From positions 3,392,001 through 3,456,000 of the forward strand of contig OZ241907.1 of the NCBI GenBank assembly GCA_965203515.1: a stretch of DNA of 64,000 nucleotides, given 5' to 3'. Under the pieces are notes generated by a model. That model searched no databases. It saw nothing but the letters and a program-made list of their open reading frames with translations, and was not told the DNA's origin. Source of the DNA: Spirochaetia bacterium. GTDB lineage: Bacteria; Spirochaetota; Spirochaetia; SZUA-6; Bin103. The translations under genes and the position numbers were made by a program. This document shows, piece by piece, positions 35,882 through 47,237 of the stretch (within the stretch, counting starts at the first letter, position 1; each line of letters opens with the position of its first letter).

Positions 35882-37549
35882 ATGGCCGCCGGATCGAGCG
35901 CCGCGCCGCAGGCAACCAGGTCGAAGACGACCAAGCCGAAGACAACCAAGGCGAAGACAATCCGGCACTGGGCGGACGCCGCCGCCGAACGGATCGTGCG
36001 CACGCGCGGCGAGCGGGACCGATACGTGCTGGCGGCCGGCATCACCCCCTCCGGCGTCGTCCACTTCGGCAACATGCGGGAGATCATCACCCCCGAGCTG
36101 ATCGCGCGCGCGCTGCGCCGGCTGGGGTACGCGGTCCGCTTCATCTACCTGTGGGACGATTACGACCCGTTCCGCAGCGTGCCGGCCAATCTGCCCGGCA
36201 GCGGCTGGGAGCGCTGGCTCGGCACGCCGCTGGCCGAGATGCCCGATCCGTACGGCGCCGCCGGCAGCTACGCCGGCCACTTCGCGGGCGTGTTCCAGGA
36301 GCAGATGGCGCGACTCGGCATCGCCCCGGAGTGGCTCTCGCAGGCGGAGCGCTATACCGGCGGCGCGTATGCCGCCGGGGTGCGCACGGCGCTGGCGCAC
36401 CGCCGCACGCTGCGCGCGCTGCTGAACCGCCACCGCGCGGAGCCGCTGGCCGACGACTGGTGGCCGGTGGAGATCTACTGCCGGTGCGGCGCCGGCCTGG
36501 CCGGCACCGTTCCGGTCGAGTGGGACGGCGCCGACGCCCTCTCCTACCGCTGCTCGGCCTGCGACCGCCTGCGGGTCGCCGATCTGCGCCGCGGCGACGG
36601 CGTCAAGCTCGGCTGGCGGGTCGACTGGCCGATGCGCTGGGCGTACTACGGCGTCGACTTCGAAGCGGCCGGCAAGGACCACCACACCGCCGGCGGTTCC
36701 TGGGATACCGCCGTGCCGATCGCGCGCGAGGTGTTCGGCATCGAGCCGCCGGCCACGCTCAAGTTCGACTGGGTCAACGTCCGCGGCGTCGGCACCATGG
36801 CGTCGTCGAGCGGCCGGTTGATCTCGGTCGCCGACGCCCTGGCGGTCTATCAGCCGGAGGTGGTCCGCTACCTGTTCGCGCGCACCCGCCCCGACCGCGA
36901 GTTCGAGGTCTCCTTCGACCTCGACGTGCTGAAGACCTACGAGGACTACGACCGCGCCGGGCGGGTCCATCGCGGCGCGGAGCCGGCCGCGGAGGCGCGC
37001 CGCGTGCGCGAGGGGCGGGCGATCGAGCTGAGCGAGGTGGCGCCCGGCGGTCCGGTCCCGGCCGGGCAGGAGGCGGTCCCGTTCCGCCACCTGTGCAGCC
37101 TGCTGCAGATCCGCGACGGCGACGTGGACGGGGTGGTCGACGGAGTGATCGACGGCCGGCCGGCCGGCGACGCGGCCGGCAGCCGGCTGCGCGCGCGCGC
37201 GCGGTGCGCCTGGCACTGGATCACCGCCCACGCGCCTGCGGAGTTCCGCTTCCGGCTCCGCGCTGCCGATGCGCCGCCGGTGCCGGTCAGCGCGCCGGTG
37301 GCCGCCGCCGTCGCCGGCCTGCGCCGGCAGCTCGCCGGGTCGGCGGGCGGCGGCGCGCCCGACCCGAAGGCGCTGCACCAGGCGATCTACGACCTGGCCG
37401 CCGCGCACGGCCTGGAGGCGCGGGAGCTCTTCGCGGAGTGCTACCGCATCCTGATCGACCGGGATCGCGGCCCCCGGCTGGCGGAGTTCATCCTCACCAT
37501 CGGCGTCATCCGGATCGACGCGCTGCTCGCCAACGTCACGGCGCGATGA
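35882..37549 (+). CDS. lysS: Lysine--tRNA ligase, class I
   Basis: HWAD, GITPSG.VHFGN, WDDYD, GVKLGWRVDWPMRW, GKDH, MASSSG, GPRLA. Confidence 0.95.
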   Translation: MAAGSSAAPQATRSKTTKPKTTKAKTIRHWADAAAERIVRTRGERDRYVLAAGITPSGVVHFGNMREIITPELIARALRRLGYAVRFIYLWDDYDPFRSVPANLPGSGWERWLGTPLAEMPDPYGAAGSYAGHFAGVFQEQMARLGIAPEWLSQAERYTGGAYAAGVRTALAHRRTLRALLNRHRAEPLADDWWPVEIYCRCGAGLAGTVPVEWDGADALSYRCSACDRLRVADLRRGDGVKLGWRVDWPMRWAYYGVDFEAAGKDHHTAGGSWDTAVPIAREVFGIEPPATLKFDWVNVRGVGTMASSSGRLISVADALAVYQPEVVRYLFARTRPDREFEVSFDLDVLKTYEDYDRAGRVHRGAEPAAEARRVREGRAIELSEVAPGGPVPAGQEAVPFRHLCSLLQIRDGDVDGVVDGVIDGRPAGDAAGSRLRARARCAWHWITAHAPAEFRFRLRAADAPPVPVSAPVAAAVAGLRRQLAGSAGGGAPDPKALHQAIYDLAAAHGLEARELFAECYRILIDRDRGPRLAEFILTIGVIRIDALLANVTAR

Positions 37550-38274
37550 TCGATCCCCTGAAGGCGGAGCTGGCCCGCGCGGCGGTGGCGGCGCTGGTCC
37601 GCGACGGTCAGCGCCTGGGGCTGGGATCGGGCTCGACCGCGATGGAGGTGGTGCGCCGCGTCGGCGCCGAGGCGGCGTGCGGACGCCTGGCCGGCCTCAC
37701 CTGCGTGGCGACCAGCCGGCAGGCGCAGATCGCCTGCTGGGAGCACGGTCTGTCGACGGTGGAGCTGGGCGATCCTGCGGTGCGCGGCGAGGTCGACCTG
37801 CTGATCGACGGCGCCGACGAGGTCGATCCCCGCTGGCGGCTGACCAAGGGCGGCGGCGCGGCGCTGCTGACCGAGAAGATCGTGGCCGCCGCCGCCGACC
37901 GCTACGCGATCGTGGTCGACGCCGGCAAGCTGGTCGGCCGCCTCGGTTCGCGCCATCCGGTGCCGGTGGAGGTGGCGCCGGTCGCGCTGCCGGTGGCGCA
38001 GCGCGCGCTCGCCGCGCTGGGGTTCGAGGGGACCGTGCGGGAGGCGATCCGCAAGGCCGGCCCGGTGATCACCGATCACGGCAACCTGATCGTCGACGCG
38101 CGGCCGTCCGCCCCGTTCGATCCGCAGGAGGTCGAGCGCGCGCTCGCCGCTGTGCCGGGCGTGGTCTGCGTTGGTATCTTCACGCGACCGGTCGACGACC
38201 TGTTCGTCGGCCGAGACCAAACCGACGTCACCCGGTACCGGCCGGGGGAGGATGCACATGCTGAGCGCAGGTGA
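37546..38274 (+). CDS. rpiA: Ribose-5-phosphate isomerase A
   Basis: GLGSGST, IDGADEVD, KGGGAALLTEK, VITDHGN. Confidence 0.95.
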   Translation: MIDPLKAELARAAVAALVRDGQRLGLGSGSTAMEVVRRVGAEAACGRLAGLTCVATSRQAQIACWEHGLSTVELGDPAVRGEVDLLIDGADEVDPRWRLTKGGGAALLTEKIVAAAADRYAIVVDAGKLVGRLGSRHPVPVEVAPVALPVAQRALAALGFEGTVREAIRKAGPVITDHGNLIVDARPSAPFDPQEVERALAAVPGVVCVGIFTRPVDDLFVGRDQTDVTRYRPGEDAHAERR

Positions 38275-38716
38275 CCCCGCGCCCGACTTCTCGCTCCAGG
38301 ACCAGGACGGCAACACCTGTACCCTGGCCGACTTCGCGGGCCGGCAACTGCTGATCTACTTCTACCCGCGCGCCGACACGCCCGGCTGCACCAGGCAGTC
38401 GTGTTCGGTGCGCGACCACGCGGCCGAGCTGGCCGCCAAGGGCGTAGCGGTCGTGGGCGTCAGCCCGGACGGCGCCGCCGCGCAGAAGCGGTTCGACGCC
38501 AAGTACTCGCTCGGCTTTCCGCTGCTCTGCGATACCGAGCACGCCATGGCGAACGCCTACGGCGCGTGGCGCGAGCGCACGGTGTTCGGCAAGCTCGGGC
38601 TCGGCGTGGTCCGTTCGGCCTTCCTGGTCGGTCCCGACGGCACGCTGCGCGGCGCGTGGTCGCCGGTGACGCCGGCCGACACCGTGCCCAACGCGCTGGC
38701 GGCAGCCGGGGGGTAG
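38258..38716 (+). CDS. bcp: Thioredoxin-dependent peroxiredoxin (BCP)
   Basis: APDFSL, YFYPRADTPGCTRQSC, GVSPD, FPLL.D; alternative ATG at 38252. Confidence 0.92.
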   Translation: MLSAGDPAPDFSLQDQDGNTCTLADFAGRQLLIYFYPRADTPGCTRQSCSVRDHAAELAAKGVAVVGVSPDGAAAQKRFDAKYSLGFPLLCDTEHAMANAYGAWRERTVFGKLGLGVVRSAFLVGPDGTLRGAWSPVTPADTVPNALAAAGG

Positions 38717-38720
38717 CCTG

Positions 38721-39773
38721 ATGCACGCCGCCCTGCTGCTGTCCGGCGGCGTGGACAGCTCGGTGGCGCTGGTGCGCCTGCAGGAGGCCGGCGCGCGCGT
38801 GACCGCCTTCTACCTCAAGGTGTGGCTGGAGGAGGAGTTGGCCGGCCTGGGCGACTGCCCCTGGCAGGAGGACCTGCAGTACGCGCGCGCGGTGTGCCGG
38901 CGCCGCGGCGTGCCGTTGCACGTCGTGTCGGTGCAGCAGGAGTATCTGGAACAGGTGCTGGACTACGTCGTGCGCGAGCTGCGCGCCGGCAACACGCCCA
39001 GCCCCGACCTGCTGTGCAACCGCCACATCAAGTTCGGGGTGTTCGTCGACCGCTACGCGGCCGGCTTCGACGCGGTCGCCACCGGTCACTATGCGCGCGT
39101 GTCGCGTACGCCGGCCGGCCCGCGGCTGCTGACCGCTCCCGATCCGGTCAAGGATCAGACCTATTTCCTGGCGTACGTGAACCGGCGGCAGCTCGCCCGC
39201 GCCGCCTTCCCGATCGGCGACGCCTGCAAGGCGCGCGTCCGCGCCGAGGCGGCCGGCCGCGGCCTGCCGACCCGCGGCCGGCCCGACAGCCAGGGCATCT
39301 GCTTCCTGGGCCGCATCAGCTACCGCGACTTCGTCCGCCGGCGGCTCGGCGAGCTGCCGGGGCCGATCGTGGAGCGGGAGACCGGCCGGCTGCTCGGCCG
39401 GCATCGCGGCCACCACTTCTTCACGGTCGGCCAGCGGCAGGGGCTGGGGTTGGGCGACGGCCCCTGGTACGTGGTGCGCAAGGACGCTGCGGAGAACCGC
39501 GTCACGGTGAGCCGCACGCCGGCCGCGTACGCCGGCCGAGCCTTTACGGTGCGGGGCGCCAACTGGATCGGCGGCGGCCCGCCGAGCGGGGCGGCGCGCG
39601 TCAAGATCCGCCACGGGCCGGCCGCGCTCGCCTGCACGGTCATGCCGACCGCCGCCCCGGACCGGGTGGTGGTCCGCACCGACCGCCCGCTGGCGGTCGC
39701 GTCCGGCCAGTTCGCGGTCCTCTACGACGGCGACGAGTGCCGGGGCGGCGGCGTGATCGAGCCGCCCGGGTGA
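38721..39773 (+). CDS. mnmA: tRNA-specific 2-thiouridylase
   Basis: LSGGVDSS, TPSPD..CN..IKF, ATGHYA, KDQTYFL, DSQGICF, TVGQR.GL. Confidence 0.95.
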   Translation: MHAALLLSGGVDSSVALVRLQEAGARVTAFYLKVWLEEELAGLGDCPWQEDLQYARAVCRRRGVPLHVVSVQQEYLEQVLDYVVRELRAGNTPSPDLLCNRHIKFGVFVDRYAAGFDAVATGHYARVSRTPAGPRLLTAPDPVKDQTYFLAYVNRRQLARAAFPIGDACKARVRAEAAGRGLPTRGRPDSQGICFLGRISYRDFVRRRLGELPGPIVERETGRLLGRHRGHHFFTVGQRQGLGLGDGPWYVVRKDAAENRVTVSRTPAAYAGRAFTVRGANWIGGGPPSGAARVKIRHGPAALACTVMPTAAPDRVVVRTDRPLAVASGQFAVLYDGDECRGGGVIEPPG

Positions 39774-41209
39774 GCGGCCCGGGGCGGGTCACCCTGGTCG
39801 GCGCCGGCCCCGGCGACCCCGGCCTGCTGACCGAGCGCGGCCGCGACGCGCTGGCGGCGGCCGACGACGTGGTCTACGACGCGCTGGTCTCGGAGCGGAT
39901 CGTCGCGGCGTGCCGCGGCCGGCGCCACTTCGTGGGCAAGCGCGCCGGGGTGCGGGCGCTGCCGCAGGCCGGCATCGAGGCGCTGTTGGTGCGGCTGGCG
40001 CGCGCCGGCCGCCGCGTCTGCCGGCTCAAGGGCGGCGATCCGTTCGTGTTCGGCCGCGGCGGCGAGGAAGTGGAGGCGCTGAGGCGCGCCGGCGTCGAGT
40101 ATCAGGTGATCCCCGGCGTGACCGCCGCCCTGGGGGCCGCCGCGTTCTGCGGCGCGGCGCTCACGCACCGCGACCGCTCCTCCTCGGTGGCGTTCTGCAC
40201 CGGCCACGCCGAACCGGTGCCGGTGCCGGCCGTCGACACGATCGTCTACTACATGGCGGCGGCGTCGCTGGCGCAGGTCGCCGCCGCGGTGCTGGCCGCC
40301 GGCTGGCCGGCGTCGACGCCGGTGCTGATCGTGCGCGATGCCACGCTGCCGCAGCAGCGGAGCACGGCGACCGACCTGGGCCGCATCCGGGCCGGAGCGG
40401 TCACCGCCGCGTCGCCGAGCGTGATCGTGGTGGGCGGCGCCGCGGCCGGCGCCGCGGCCGACGGCGGCTGGTACGCGCGGCGCCGCAAGGTGCTGGTCAC
40501 CGGCCTGCGCGCCGAGCCGTTCGCCCACCTGGGCGAGGTGATCCACACGCCGCTCATCGACACGGCGCCGGCCGCCGACCGCGCCGCGGTGCGGCGCGCG
40601 ATCGGCCGCCTGGGCGCCGGCCCGGACCCCTTCGACCACGTCGCGTTCGCCAGCCGAGCGGCGGTCGACCACTTCGCGCGCGAGTTGCTCGGCGCCGGCC
40701 GCGACGCCCGCGCCCTGGCCGGCGTCGGCGTCGCCGCGGCCGGCGCCGTGACCGCCGCGGCGCTCGCTCGCTTCGGTCTGCGCGCCGACGTGACCGGTGA
40801 CGGATCGGGCGCCGCGGGGCTGACGGCCGCCTGCGCCGCCGCCGGCGTGCGCGGCGCCCGCATCCTGCTGCCGGCCTCCGACCTGACCCGCCCCGCGCTG
40901 GCCGACGGCCTGCGCGCCGCCGGCAATGCCGTGGAGGTGGTCACCTTCTACCGCACCGTGCCGCGGCCCGACCCGGTACGGGAGGAGCTGGCCGGCATCG
41001 CCGTGGCGACCTTCTCCTCGCCGTCCGGGGCGGCCGCCTTCCGCGCCCTGTACGGCGGCGGGCTGCCGGCCGGCCTGGAGCTGCTCGCCCTGGGCGAGCT
41101 GACCGCGCAGGCGGTGCGCGACGCGTACCCGCGCCGCGCGGTGCGCGTCCTCAGCGGATCAGCCGCTCCAGCAGCGCCCGGTCCCGGCGCCAGTTGCGCT
41201 GCACCTTGA
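39770..41209 (+). CDS. cobA: Uroporphyrinogen-III C-methyltransferase fused to uroporphyrinogen-III synthase (CobA-HemD)
   Basis: LVGAGPGDPGLLT, YDAL, RLKGGDPFVFGRGGEE, PGVTAA, then HemD-like FASR.AV, YRT, FSSPS. Confidence 0.9.
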   Translation: MSGPGRVTLVGAGPGDPGLLTERGRDALAAADDVVYDALVSERIVAACRGRRHFVGKRAGVRALPQAGIEALLVRLARAGRRVCRLKGGDPFVFGRGGEEVEALRRAGVEYQVIPGVTAALGAAAFCGAALTHRDRSSSVAFCTGHAEPVPVPAVDTIVYYMAAASLAQVAAAVLAAGWPASTPVLIVRDATLPQQRSTATDLGRIRAGAVTAASPSVIVVGGAAAGAAADGGWYARRRKVLVTGLRAEPFAHLGEVIHTPLIDTAPAADRAAVRRAIGRLGAGPDPFDHVAFASRAAVDHFARELLGAGRDARALAGVGVAAAGAVTAAALARFGLRADVTGDGSGAAGLTAACAAAGVRGARILLPASDLTRPALADGLRAAGNAVEVVTFYRTVPRPDPVREELAGIAVATFSSPSGAAAFRALYGGGLPAGLELLALGELTAQAVRDAYPRRAVRVLSGSAAPAAPGPGASCAAP

Positions 41210-42047
41210 CCCGCAGGTCGAGCCGCGCCGGCCGCCCCAGCACCCGGCTCAGCTCCGCCTGCGCGCCGCTGCGGATGGCGGCGATGCGCCGCCCGCGCTC
41301 GCCGATCACGATCCCCTTCTGCGACTCGCGCTCGACGTTGAGGAAGGCGCGGATCCAGACGCCGCGCGGGTCGGTCTCCAGGTCCGCCACCGCTACGTAC
41401 ATCGCCTGCGGCAGCTCCTGACGCGTGGCGCGGATGGCGTGGCTGCGGATCACCTCGCCGACCCGCAGCGCCTGCGGCTGATCGGTATAGCGGTCGTCCG
41501 CGTACATCGGCGGACCGGCCGGGCTGAGCGCGATGAGCCGTTCGACCAGCTCCTCGACCCCGTCGCCGCGCACCCCCGAGACGCGGTGCACGGGGCATCC
41601 GGCGAGCGCCGGGGGAACTGCGGCGGCGCCGCCGCGCCCCGCCGCCGCAGGCCGGTCGGACTTGCCGAGCGCCACGACCACGGCGCCGTCGAAGCTGCGC
41701 GCCAGCGCGGCGATGGCGTCCTCTTCCGCGCCGCCCGCGCGCGACGGATCGATGACCGCCAGCACCACGTCGACCTCGCGCAGCGTGGCCGCGGTGAGCG
41801 CCTGCAGGCGGGCGTCGAACGGCTGCGGGGAGTCCTGGAAGCCGGGCGTGTCGATCAGCAGGAGTTGGCCGCCGGCGCGGGTGGCGATGCCGCGGATGCG
41901 CGACCGGGTGGTCTGCGGCGATGGCGCCACGATCGCCAGGTCGTGCCCGCACATGCGGTTGATGAGCGTCGACTTGCCGGCCGACGGCCGGCCGATCACC
42001 GCCACGGCGCCGCTGCGGTGCGGGCCGACGGCGCGTGCGCTACCGAT
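41151..42047 (-). CDS. era: GTPase Era
   Basis: RSGAVAVIGRPSAGKSTL, SPQTTR, DTPG, KH domain VERESQKGIVIG..G; start uncertain (ATC 42047 after GGGAGG, or GTG 42005). Confidence 0.9.
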   Translation of the reverse strand: MGSARAVGPHRSGAVAVIGRPSAGKSTLINRMCGHDLAIVAPSPQTTRSRIRGIATRAGGQLLLIDTPGFQDSPQPFDARLQALTAATLREVDVVLAVIDPSRAGGAEEDAIAALARSFDGAVVVALGKSDRPAAAGRGGAAAVPPALAGCPVHRVSGVRGDGVEELVERLIALSPAGPPMYADDRYTDQPQALRVGEVIRSHAIRATRQELPQAMYVAVADLETDPRGVWIRAFLNVERESQKGIVIGERGRRIAAIRSGAQAELSRVLGRPARLDLRVKVQRNWRRDRALLERLIR

Positions 42048-42783
42048 CGCGGACCTCCCGCGCGCGCGCCAGCCGCCGCGGCCGGCGCCGGCCGTCGGGT
42101 CGGCCGCCGTCCGGCCCGCGTCCCGGCAGGAGTCCGGCGCCGCGGTCGGCGGCGTCCAGACGGTTGACCCTGCCGCTCAGGGTGAGCCGGCGGCGCAGCC
42201 CCCGCTCCATCAACAACAGCATGTCCTGGGTCAGGTCCTCGATGTGGTCGCTGCCGATCTCCGCCAACAGCGCGCCGTAGACCGACACCAGCAGGCGGCG
42301 CGCGTCGTTGTAGCGGCCGACGCGAAAGGTGCGGCGGCGGATGCCGTCCGCCAGGATGGCGTCGAGCAGCTCGCCGACCGCAGCCTGCAGCCGGCGGCGG
42401 CGGCGGTCGCGCTCCTCCGGCGACGGGTAGCCGAACCGGCGCGCGCCGGTGAGCACGCCGAGCAGCAGCGGGTTGCCGCGCAGCCCCAGGGTGATGAACC
42501 GGTACAGCGCCTTGAGCTGGTTCATCGGGTTCTTGAACCGGGCGATCACCTGCCGCGCCTGCAGCATCCCCCGCTCGGCGGCGCGGTCCAGGATGGCGCC
42601 GAAGAAGGTCTCCTTGTCCGGGAAGTGGTTGTAGAACGAGCCGGTCGACACGCCCACGGCGTCGGTCACCTCCGCGATCGTCACCCCGCGGTAGCCGTGC
42701 TCGGCGAACAGGCGCTCGCCCGCCTGCAGAAACTGCTCGCGGCGGGCGGTGCGGTCGGACGCGGTCGCGGACGCCACCGGCAT
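42040..42783 (-). CDS. TetR/AcrR family transcriptional regulator
   Basis: LFAEHGY.GVTIAEVT..VGVSTGSFYNHF.DKE helix-turn-helix. Confidence 0.92.
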   Translation of the reverse strand: MPVASATASDRTARREQFLQAGERLFAEHGYRGVTIAEVTDAVGVSTGSFYNHFPDKETFFGAILDRAAERGMLQARQVIARFKNPMNQLKALYRFITLGLRGNPLLLGVLTGARRFGYPSPEERDRRRRRLQAAVGELLDAILADGIRRRTFRVGRYNDARRLLVSVYGALLAEIGSDHIEDLTQDMLLLMERGLRRRLTLSGRVNRLDAADRGAGLLPGRGPDGGRPDGRRRPRRLARAREVRDR

Positions 42784-42788
42784 AGCGG

Positions 42789-42812
42789 ATGAATATTACG
42801 TTCAAATGTTCA
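42789..42812. promoter_or_regulatory. Candidate TetR operator overlapping the tetR -10 box
   Basis: AT-rich TGAA-tattacg-TTCA inverted repeat plus a second GTTCA; minus-strand TAATAT lies 9 nt before the tetR ATG. Confidence 0.4.
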
Positions 42813-42986
42813 GTGCGCCTACCGCCCGATTCGCAGCGGACTTGGCGGCCGCAGGCGCGAAAGGGGCGCGTCAGGGCCATCCCCGCCCGCCGGCCCCGCA
42901 TCCGTCCGCAGGCGGCGATTGCCGCCGCGGCGCGTCCCCGACAAGGATGCCGCCATGACGAGCCATCTGCCCGGGAGCGACCCGCC

Positions 42987-44224
42987 ATGACCGACCTGTT
43001 CGCCAAGTGTCACGGCGACGGCGGGTACTTCGGCCGCTTTCGCGCGGCCGGCGACCGGTACTTCTCGCAGCCGGTCCTCGACTCCGCGCCCGGCCCGCGC
43101 ATGGTGTTCCAGGGCCGGCCGGTCATCATGTGGTCGGTCAACAGCTATCTCGGCCTCACCGGCAACGAGCGCATCCGCGCGCGGGCGCGCGCGGCGCTGG
43201 AACGGTACGGCACCTGGTCGCCGATGGGTTCGCGCATGCTCACCGGCAACACGCACGCGCACCTCGCGCTGGAGGAGCGACTGGCCGCCTGGTGCGGCAA
43301 GGAGGCGGCGGTCCTCTTCAACTACGGCTACCTGGGCGTGGTCGGCACCATCTCCTCGCTGATCGGACCGCAGGACGAGGTGGTCATAGACAAGCTGTCG
43401 CACGCGTCGATGATCGACGGCACGGTGCTGGCCATGGCCGGCCGCCGCTTCCGGCCCTTCCGGCACAACGACCTGGGCAGCCTGGAGCGGCAGCTCGCCG
43501 CCTCCGCCAGGCGCGAGCGCGGCGGCACCCTGGTGGTGGTCGAGGGCGTCTACGGCATGCGCGGCGACCTGGCCGACCTGCCCGGCATCTGCGGCCTGGC
43601 CAAGCGCTACGGGGCGCGGGTCTACGTGGACGACGCGCACGGCTTCGGCGTCATGGGCGCGACCGGCCGCGGTACCGGCGAGCACTTCGGCGTCCAGGAG
43701 GAGATCGACCTCTACTTCGGCACCTTCGCCAAGGCGTTCGCGGCGATCGGCGGCGTAACCGCCGGCGAGCGGACGGTCTGCGACTACGTCCGCTACAACG
43801 CCCGCACCAACGTGTTCGCCAAGAGCCTGCCGATGGTCTACGTGGAGGCGCTGGCGGCCACCCTGGACGAGATCGAGGAGCACCCGGAATATCGCGAGCG
43901 GATGTGGCGCATCGCCCGGCTGCTGCAGGACGGCCTGCGCGAGCTCGGCTTCGACCTGGGCGACACCGCCTCGCCGGTCACGCCGGTCTACGTGCCGACC
44001 GACAAGGAAGAGACCGGCATGGCGATCATGCGCACGCTGCGCGATCGGTACGGCATCTTCTGTTCCGGCGTCACCTACCCCGTGACCCCGCGCGGCGTCC
44101 ACCTCTACCGCATGATCCCGACCGCCGCCCATACCGAGGAGGACGTGGAGGCGACGCTGGCCGCCTTCAAGGCGATCCGCGACGGCTTCGGGTTGGACCT
44201 GGCGACCTGGGAGGCGAAGGCCGT

Positions 44225-44228
<4 letters not shown>
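42987..44228 (+). CDS. PLP-dependent alpha-oxoamine synthase (serine palmitoyltransferase/KBL/BioF family)
   Basis: NSYLGL, GSRMLTG, HASMIDG, FRHND, EGVYGM.GD, DDAHG.G, PLP lysine in GTFAKA. Confidence 0.9.
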
Positions 44229-45262
<1,034 letters not shown>

Positions 45263-45364
45263 CCGACCGAGCGGCCGTCCGCCGCCCTGGCCCGCCGCCG
45301 CCTTGGCCCGCCGCCGTCTTGGCCGCCGCCCGAGCGCGGGGCTATATTGCCGGCGGAGGCTGCA

Positions 45365-46015
45365 ATGTACGCATCGGGCCGCGACCCGGAGCCGCCGCGC
45401 TGCTGGTTGGACCGCCGGTTGGACGAGGACGAGGACGAGGAATTGGACGAGGACGAAGAGCGCGGCGACCGCGACGGCGACGAGTTCGCCGGCCGGTTCC
45501 TCAAGACCCGCTCGGTGCTGATCTCGGGAGAGATCAACAAGCGCCTGGCGGAGCGGGTGATCAAGCAGCTCATCCTGCTGGAGGAAGACGGCGGCGATCC
45601 GATCCGGGTCTTCATCGATTCGCCCGGCGGCGACGCGGACGCCGGCTACGCGATCTTCGACATGCTGCGCTTCGTCGAGCCGCCGGTGATCACCATCGGC
45701 ATGGGGCTGGTCGCCAGCGCCGCCGCCATCGTGCTGCTGGCCGCTCCCCGCGACCGCCGGATCGGCCTGCCCAACTCGCACTACCTGATACATCAGCCGC
45801 TGTCGGGCATCCGCGGCGTCGCCACCGAGATCGAGATCCACGCCCGCGAGCTGGAGAAGCTGCGCTCGAAGATCAATCGGATGATCGCCGACGAGACCGG
45901 CCAGGCGCTCGACAAGGTGGAGCGCGACACCGACCGCGACTACTGGCTGAGCGCCGAGGAGGCGCAGGAGTACGGACTGGTGGCGCGCATCATCGCCAAC
46001 CGCAAGGAACTCTAG
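45365..46015 (+). CDS. clpP: ATP-dependent Clp protease proteolytic subunit
   Basis: GGAGG SD; IDSPGG, catalytic Ser in GLVASA, His in IHQP, Asp in DRDYW. Confidence 0.93.
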   Translation: MYASGRDPEPPRCWLDRRLDEDEDEELDEDEERGDRDGDEFAGRFLKTRSVLISGEINKRLAERVIKQLILLEEDGGDPIRVFIDSPGGDADAGYAIFDMLRFVEPPVITIGMGLVASAAAIVLLAAPRDRRIGLPNSHYLIHQPLSGIRGVATEIEIHARELEKLRSKINRMIADETGQALDKVERDTDRDYWLSAEEAQEYGLVARIIANRKEL

Positions 46016-46103
46016 CTCTAGCCTGGCTTGGCGCCCCGGCCCGCCGGGCGCGCGCGGCCGCCCGGCGTTGAAGCGGCACGGACCGGCGTGCGCTGTATGG
46101 GGC

Positions 46104-47189
46104 ATGAGATGGAACCGTGACCGTAGAACGGCCGTCGGCCGCGCCGCGCCGGTGGGGCTGCTCGCCCTCCTGCTGATCCCGGCCGCGCCGGCTGCCGCGG
46201 AGGAGCCGCTCAGCGTGCTCTCCTACAACGTCCAGAACCTGTTCGACGCCGACGAGCAGGGCGGCGAGTACGACCAGTTCCGCGCCGGCCGCTGGGACGC
46301 CGCGCGCTACGCCGCGCGCCTCACGCAGATCGCCGCCGTGCTGCGCGAGGCGCCGCCGGGCGGCGCCGACGTGATCGCCCTGCAGGAGGTGGAGAACCGC
46401 GCCGCCGCCCTCGACCTGCGCGCCCGCCTGCGCGGCCTGCGCTACCGCTACGCGGTCGCCTTCCCCAACGACGGCGCCGATGCGGGGCTCGCCCTCACCC
46501 CGGTGGTGCTGTCCCGCGTGCCGGTGCTGCGGGTGCGCCTGCATCAGGTGTGGCACGACGGCCGCTACCTGCGGCCGATCGTGGAGGTGGAGCTCGAGGC
46601 GGGCGCCGGCCGGCCGCTGGTGCTGTTCAACAATCACTGGAAGTCCAAGCGGGGCGGGGCCGAAGAGACCGAGCCGGCCCGCCGGGCGGCGGCCGCCGTG
46701 CTCGCCGCCCGCCTCCGCGCGCTGCAGCGGGCCGATCCCCTGGTCGACGTGGTAGTCGCCGGCGATCTGAACGAGGACGTCGACGAGCACGCCGCCGCCG
46801 CGTACCCGACCGCGCTGGTCCGGTTCGCCGGGCCGGCCGGTCCGCCGGACGCGCTGGCGCTCACCGGGCGGCCGTTCGATCCGCCGCCGTTCGATCGGCC
46901 GGCCGGCCGCGTGACGCTGTACAGCCCCTGGCTGGAGCTGGCGGCGGCCGAGCGGGGCACGGTGGTGCACCGCGGCGCATGGGGCACTCCCGACCACTTC
47001 CTGCTGAGCGCCGGGCTGTTCGACCGCGCCGGCCTCTGGTACGAGGCGGGCGGCTTCGCGGTGATCCGCGACGATCTGGTGTCGCCCGCTACCGGCCACC
47101 CGCGGCGCTGGACCGGCTCGGAGGGCCGGTCCGATCACCTGCCGATCCTGCTGCGCCTGCGCCGCGGCCGAGCGGCGGATCGAGAGTGA
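46104..47189 (+). CDS. Secreted endonuclease/exonuclease/phosphatase family protein
   Basis: Signal peptide, SYNVQNLFD, ALQEVEN, NHWKSK, AGDLNE, DHF, SDHLP. Confidence 0.9.
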   Translation: MRWNRDRRTAVGRAAPVGLLALLLIPAAPAAAEEPLSVLSYNVQNLFDADEQGGEYDQFRAGRWDAARYAARLTQIAAVLREAPPGGADVIALQEVENRAAALDLRARLRGLRYRYAVAFPNDGADAGLALTPVVLSRVPVLRVRLHQVWHDGRYLRPIVEVELEAGAGRPLVLFNNHWKSKRGGAEETEPARRAAAAVLAARLRALQRADPLVDVVVAGDLNEDVDEHAAAAYPTALVRFAGPAGPPDALALTGRPFDPPPFDRPAGRVTLYSPWLELAAAERGTVVHRGAWGTPDHFLLSAGLFDRAGLWYEAGGFAVIRDDLVSPATGHPRRWTGSEGRSDHLPILLRLRRGRAADRE

Positions 47190-47237
47190 CGGCGCGGCGC
47201 CTGAGCGACCGGCGGGCCGGCGCGCTACACTCGGTAC

